Origin: Blastocladiella emersonii ATCC 22665
Lineage: Eukaryota > Fungi > Blastocladiomycota
Length of the DNA stretch: 64,000 nt
Assembly (NCBI GenBank): GCA_025594325.1
Contig: JANHCV010000002.1
Span: 1,922,001 to 1,986,000 of the forward strand
Direction: 5' to 3'
Shown: in pieces, positions 58,019-64,000 of the stretch
How positions within the stretch are numbered: position 1 is the stretch's first letter
Layout: each line of letters begins with the position of its first letter
Program-made: the position numbers and the translations under genes
The notes under the pieces: model-generated
Databases searched by the model: none
What the model was told of the DNA's origin: nothing
Seen by the model: only the letters and a program-made list of their open reading frames with translations

Positions 58019-61000
58019 CTACTCGGTCGACGGCGACGCGACGGACATGCTCAATTCGGCCGCTTCGCCCAACATCGCCGCTTTCTCCTCGCTCTTGGCC
58101 GCAGTAGGCCACTGAAATGCGCCAGCGAACGACGCACCAGCAGCCGTCGTCGTCGATCGAGATGCCGCGGCCGGCGGAGCCATGGCGGAGAAGTTGAAGG
58201 TGAACGAGGGACGGGCAGGCGGTGCACGCTCGGGCTCGCGTGACGCGGGCTCAGCGTCAGCTGCTGCCGCCGCGGACCCGCCTACTGAGCTGCTTGAGGT
58301 AATAGTATGGTCCGGGGCCGCCTTGCGCGACTCGTGGCGAGACCACATGAGATCCATGGCCTGCTTGCTCACAAGGTGGCACGGCAGCGCAGTCCAGGTG
58401 AGCGGCGCGCTGTGTGCGTTAAGCGCAGCGATGATGGAGTCGAGAACGTCGAGAGTGAGCTGCGGGTAACGGTCGAGCTCGCGAGCGAGACGCGGTTGGA
58501 GGTGCGCGGGCGGGACCACAGCAGGGATCGATGGGGTCAAGGCGGACGCGCTGCGCGGTGCGCCGCTAGGCGATGAAGTCGCCAAAGGCGGTGTCGGAGC
58601 AGAAGCAGAGAAGTCAAAGCTGAACGAAGGAGCCATCGCCGCCGGCGGGATGAGAGTAGCCGGAGCGACGGGTCCCTTGATCGCGAAGGGGACCGCGGAC
58701 GGGGTCGTCAGCGCGTTGCCGCCGGCCGCCTTGTCCCGCTGCTCCAACGCCCAGCGCAGATAAACGGCAAGCTGCAGCGGCGTGATCCGGCACTCGCGTG
58801 CCTGCTTTCCATTTGTGCGGTGGGTGCGGCGATGTGAAAGCGACGACGAATGAGTTGAAGACGCATGACCGTCACACCAGCGCGAATCGTGTTCGCCAAT
58901 GAACGAGCTCGCGCCGCCCTCATCAAGAAGCAACGTAACCATTTCCAGATCGCCGTTGAAGATGGCCTGCGCAAGCGGCGACCGTTGAACAAACGACCGG
59001 TAGTTGAAGCGTACAGGTGCAGGGTGCGAGAGGAAGGTTGAGCACGATGCACGGAAGGCTGAGGAGATGACGGAGACGGTGATGGACACGGCGAAGGAGG
59101 TAGACGCAGAAGGGAGGAAAGGGTGTATAATGACGGCTAATAGTAGCAGCGATCTAGAACAAAACCAGAGGGAGCGGAGATGCTCGCTTGAGGTGAGCGT
59201 GCGACCCTGCGGCGAGGCAGTCCGCCGGCGGTGACTGGAAGTGTGGCGCCGCCGGCGCGTGCCACTCGCGTGATTGCCCGACGCGTCTCTCGCGGTCGGG
59301 CCAGCGTGCGCGTGTGTACTTGAACTCCGGTGAGGCTTCGCGTCATGGACATGGTTGTTGAGTCCGACGTTCGGCAGCGCGGCGTGGTCAAGCAGAAGCC
59401 GCACGGTCGCGTACTCACGGCGCGCAACAGCGCGGAAAAGCGGGGTCGCAAGCTGCGTGAAGTAAGGGTCGGTCAGGTCCACCTCGCCGTTGCTCTGAAG
59501 TTGTTCAATGGTGGCAGGCGCGCGTGCTTCCAGTGCGCGGGCGTCAAGGATCGGGTACTCGCCAGCTGGGAGAACGCGGAGCCAGCCAGGGACGGCCTAC
59601 CAACCCACGAATATCAACGTTAGTGCGCATCATGAAACGTATAGAAGCGAACCGTACCAGGAGCGGTACATCCACAGCCGTGCCGCGCCGCCCAGCAGGC
59701 CGATTGACCTCGGACGCGGTTGGGACGTGTGGAAGCAGCGCCTCAAGTTGTGCGGTGTTGCCCTTGACCGCCGCGGCTGTGACGAGCGCTCCCATGGTGG
59801 TGAAGGAAGTGCACATACCACGCGTAACGAGCTCCGTAATTGCTGGATGGTCAATCCCGATCGACTCTGCCACTAAATCAAGCGGGTAGAGGCCTTCCAA
59901 GTCGCGCACATCGGAACGCGCGCCCTCGACCAACATCTCGTCGAGCAGTGGGCTCCAGTTATTGTAAGCTTCGTGGTAGCGAGAGAATAAGAGGTGGTGG
60001 AGCGGCGTGCGATCGTACAGCCGCACCCGTAACGTCCCCGAGAGCGTGGGAGACGCGTTCCATGGAATTTGCACGTCGGCGCCGTGTCGCGCCCGTAGTG
60101 CGTCAAGGATGGGCGTGACAAAAGAGCGGCCCTGGGACACGGCACGGTACAGCAGGTAGTAGGCGCCGTCATGAGACGCATCGGCAATCGTTGTGTCGTT
60201 GGAGACAGGACAGCCGAGCACTGGAGTAAATGTAGTTCCACGGATCGTAAGCGGGGCATCGAATTCAAAGGCGAGCGCGCGAATGAGATTGGGCGAGCCA
60301 AAGTCGATGGCGCACGTCGCGTACGAGGGACATGGCTGCTTGGGCTGAGGGCACGTGTGTCGGACGGCGAGACCGCGGGCACGGAAAGCTGGAACAAGTA
60401 GGCGCACAAGATCGATACGGTCCCTGTGGATTGCGACGTCGAGTGGCGACAAGGCGTATTTAGTGGAGACATCAGGAATCCAGCGAACGAGCGGGAGGTC
60501 GGTCTCGAGCAAGCGGCGGAGTATGTCCTTGCGGTTGCTGCTGCGAGCGGCGAAGGTAAGAATGTCGTCGCCATCGAACTAGGCGGTGCAGTGCTTTTCC
60601 GGGAGGTAAACATCTGTCGTCGGCAGCGCGCACTTGGTCAAAAGCCAGTTGAGAATGGCGGACGCGTCGTGTTTGACCGCAAGCGCAATGAGAATGGCGG
60701 CGGCGTCCTTGTGCTCGGAGCGTTTAGGCGGGAGAAGCCGCGCACCCAGCTGGACGAGAACACGCAAGAGTTCGACGGAGCGCGACTCGATGGCCAAGTG
60801 GACAAGCGAGCGCCGCAGTCCGGTCGCGGGCTCGACAACCACGTGGTTGACCAGGGACGAAGAGTGTGCAACGCCCGCAGCATCGACAAGCGCGCGTAGC
60901 ATGGTTATGTCACCCCGCAGGGCGGCGACGTGCAACGGGACGGCCGAGCGCGGGTCGGCAATCGCAGCGACAGGAGTGCCCCGGCCAGGCCTCGCGCCCG

Positions 61001-61415
61001 CCTGAACGAGCACGCGTGCCGCTTCGACGTGGCCGTTGCGGACCGCATGGATCAGGGCCGGAAGCTCCGTAGTAGTACCAGCAGGGCGGAGGTTGGGCGA
61101 AGGCAATACAGCAAGCAGCTTTCGAAGAAACGCGACGTTGCCCGACGCCGCAGCGCTGCCAAGCGCAAAAGCGCGGTCGGCACGCGACGGAATGACCTTG
61201 TCGAGAGGAAGAGCGTCGATGGCATCGCGAGCGGCGCGCGATAAGAGACGCATCCTAGCGCGGTGCTTGGGCGCAAGGTACCGGAGGCACAAGGGACGCC
61301 ACACGGGGTTGACATGGGCGAGGTCGAAGAGCGAGAGGGCCGGAGCGGCGGCAGACGACAAAGACGGCTCCGGTGCTTCTGCAGCTATACATGGTGATGA
61401 TTGCATCGAGTTCAT
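58019..61415 (-). pseudogene. Array C copy 4: TAG at 60579-60581, intron 59597-59657, and an in-frame insertion of about 320 bp in exon 2
   Basis: HCTA*FDGDDIL versus C3 YAWFGGDEIF; frames on both sides of the stop agree; exon 2 is open. Confidence 0.8.
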
Positions 61416-63041
61416 GGTGATGAGGTGCTCCATATAGCGGATGGGGAGAGGAGCGAAAGAACAGCCCACGTTCCCGCTCAGCTTTCACCAGCCATCACAT
61501 GATCGCACGGTGTGGCGCAGCGCGTTGCTGGCGCATATTGCCAGTACCTCCACCACTCACTCCGTTCGGGTGTCAACTGTGCGGGGCTTTGCCCAAGTGC
61601 CCTCTCGCCGCGATCACAGGGCACTCCAGACGCGTCGTGGACGCGCGATGCAAGGAACTGCATGATTTGTGAACTGAGAGACACGGAACTCGCTTCAGAT
61701 GTAGTGCAGACTGAGATCATGCTTCTGACTCGCATTACTCAAAGGGGCTCGAAAGGAAGAGTCGCGACGCGTCAGAACCACGCGTTGGGGCCTTCGCAAC
61801 ACGCCTTCTTTGCGCTTTTGTGCGTCTCCCTGCTCTTGAGGTGGATCAAGTCGACTACGGACGTGGCGGAGATAGCTGAAGGTCGCTGAACGCATCGTTG
61901 TTCAAGTTGCGGGAGCGACTCCTTGTGCAGCGAGTTGCGATCAAGCGCGCACAAACACGAACTGGCTCTAGTGATGGTGGCTTTGATCGAGCGCTAGCGC
62001 GACTTGATTGTGGGCGCTGATTACTCTCAACATCGCCTCAATGCAGCATACGCGCACGTAGCGCGCATCGCCAGCGCGCTCGAGGCAATTGAGATCGGAT
62101 TTCTGACAGACGCGTCAAGGCGAGCCACTCGCTCACAGCAGCATGCTGATATTCTCAATGAGCCGAAAAGGAAGTAGTCAGCGATTGAGCAACGGAGCGT
62201 ACTATGCACAGCGAATGTGCGCGACGACTCGATCTCGACTAACGCATCGATCTTCCGCCAAGAAAGCACTCAACGATGATGGCGTTCGCGTCGCACGCTA
62301 TGATCCAGCTTGAAAGCTCGAGCGAGCTCGCCTCCTTTGGCGCGGAACAACATATAGCGACGCCTGGCGGGCGCAAAGCGGGTGTAGTAGCGGTAGCAGC
62401 GGCCAAGAAGAGCGAGTGCGCCCACACAAGGGGAAGAACGAGAACACAAATAGCATCGCCCCGAGCTGGGGTCCTTCACAATGGCAGGTACTGCAAGCCG
62501 TGGCGACGTGAAAGCATCCCACAACATGCTACTCCACTCAGCGAGCTCGCCTAAGCAGCACTTGTGCAGTAGCAAGAGCAGAGTGCAAAAGCGGTGCCGG
62601 CGGAACACTCAAGTCAACGGCCGAGTCGAGCACAGCACGTCGCGGTGCGAGCGCCACCCAAAGGCGCCGAGGTGGGATAGGACCGGCGTGTCGTCGATTT
62701 CATGATTTATGGAACCCATTGCATAGAGTAAGTGAGCTTCATTGAGTGGGGGTGCATACGGGAGGGGTGCAGAGCGGAAGCGAGAGCCGAAGCGAAGTGG
62801 CGCAACGCGACACGGGGAGTGATGTCATTGAGAAAAGTTTGACTGTAACGTGACGAGCGTTAGCCAGAAAATCGCGGTCACTATAGCTTGGGCAAAGCCC
62901 CGCACTGTCTCAAGCCTCGCCCAAATCCATGGTTGAAGAAAAACGACGTGTCACTTATTGACTGCCCCCGCAAAGGACCGCTACGCTTTAAAGTTGTTCA
63001 GAAGGTTAAGCAAAGTCATCGTTAATTCATCATCAGCCGAG

Positions 63042-64000
63042 CTACACGCCATCCTTGGATGCAGCCGATGCCGCCACCGTGTCCACCTCATCAACCGCCG
63101 CTGTCGGTTCAGCTCTGTCCTTGGTTGCCGCTGGCTGGTTGGAGGACCCGCCAATGGACGTTGCAAAACCAGAGAGGTTTTCCTGATTCCCGCTCGCCGT
63201 CGCCGATGTGCGAGCCGTCGTGGCAGAAAGGGCAAATGCGGAAAAGTCGAAAGCGGACGGACGAGAAGAGCGATGCGCCATGGGTCTGGGCCTGCGTAGC
63301 GCGGGATTGGTAGCAGATGCCGCAGCGAATGACGCCATGGTCGCGGGCCCAGCACCTCGGGTCGACTTGACGAAGCGACGAGCGGGACGCAGAACCGGCT
63401 TGCGCGGGTCATGCGTGCGCTGGAGCGCCGGAGTGGTGGTGACCTCGGGCTCAGCGGCGACGGCAGTTACCGCAGTGATCGCTGCAACTGACTCGTTCGC
63501 CGCGGAGGAAGTATCGAGAATTGGCTGATTGCTATCGTGGCGCGACCACAGCAGGTCCATAGACTGGCTCGACACGAGGTGGCACGGCAGCGCGTTCCAA
63601 GCAAGCGGCGCGCCGTGCGTGCAAAGGGTAGCGATGATGGTGTCGAGCAAGTCGATGGTCAAGTTCAGATAGCGGTCAAGCTCTTGAGCGAGGCGCAACA
63701 GGATTTACTTGGGCGGCACCACGACAGGTATCGGCTCGGACGGCGTAGAATCGCGAGAAGCAAAGTCAAAGCTGAAAGCAGATGCCGAGGGGGCAGCGGG
63801 CAGGGTCGTCGTCGCGGAACTCTTCTTGGCCATGAACTGAACCGCAGGCGAGCGAGCTGCTTCGTTGCGACTCTGCAGCGCCCAGAGCAAGTATAAGGCA
63901 AGCTGCAAGGGCGTGATCCGGCACTCGTGCATTCCTCCAATACCAGTCGCGGCTTTTTGGACACAAGTTGTTGTGGCTGTAGCCGTAGCCTTGGACTGAT
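63042..64000 (-). pseudogene. Array C copy 5: exon-2 part only (5' end outside the window), with in-frame TAA at 63705-63707
   Basis: ECRITPLQLALYL..AFSFDFAS..VVPPK*ILLRLAQELDRY versus C4 VVPPAHLQPRLARELDRY. Confidence 0.7.

Noticed and set aside
61500-63000. Short ORFs between C4 and C5 that might be a decayed gene or transposon
   Set aside because: No recognisable motif, TIR or paralog match.
39149-63707. Stop-codon reassignment or A-to-I editing rescuing the premature stops
   Set aside because: All three stop types occur, TAA/TAG/TGA terminate normal genes here, and the same copies often have frameshifts or deletions.

Overview
Eukaryotic, intron-containing, GC-rich DNA from a flagellated (zoosporic) fungus. 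The basis is GT-AG introns with CTAAC/CTGAC-type branch points, the flagellar gene DRC9/IQCG, and fungal Clr2-like and Egh16-like genes; Blastocladiomycota is an inference, not proven. Housekeeping genes: a split-RGS protein, RACK1 with an intronic U24/snR24 C/D snoRNA, SEC24, VCX1, DRC9, a Clr2-like gene, MGM1 and ERV46. An apparently intact 3.25-kb PIF/Harbinger transposon (15-bp TIRs, TTA target duplication, transposase plus Myb/SANT gene) lies between RACK1 and SEC24. More than half of the window is three unrelated tandem gene arrays, all starting with an F-box-like motif. Array A has 6 intronless ankyrin-like repeat genes (15.8-24.9 kb). Array B has 5 two-exon genes with an unrecognised Cys/His-rich C-terminal domain (37.1-49.5 kb). 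Array C has 5 F-box/ankyrin genes with FxFxF motifs in a disordered tail (51.9-64 kb). Most B and C copies are disrupted by stops, deletions, a 22-bp duplication, or a 297-bp MITE. A secreted Egh16/DUF3129 protein with a predicted N-terminal His lies between B and C. The best leads are the F-box-like adaptor arsenal, a U24 snoRNA whose second guide appears retargeted (possibly to 5.8S rRNA), the intact Harbinger and MITE, and a recurring 19-bp motif. All family assignments come from motif recognition by eye; no database search was run.
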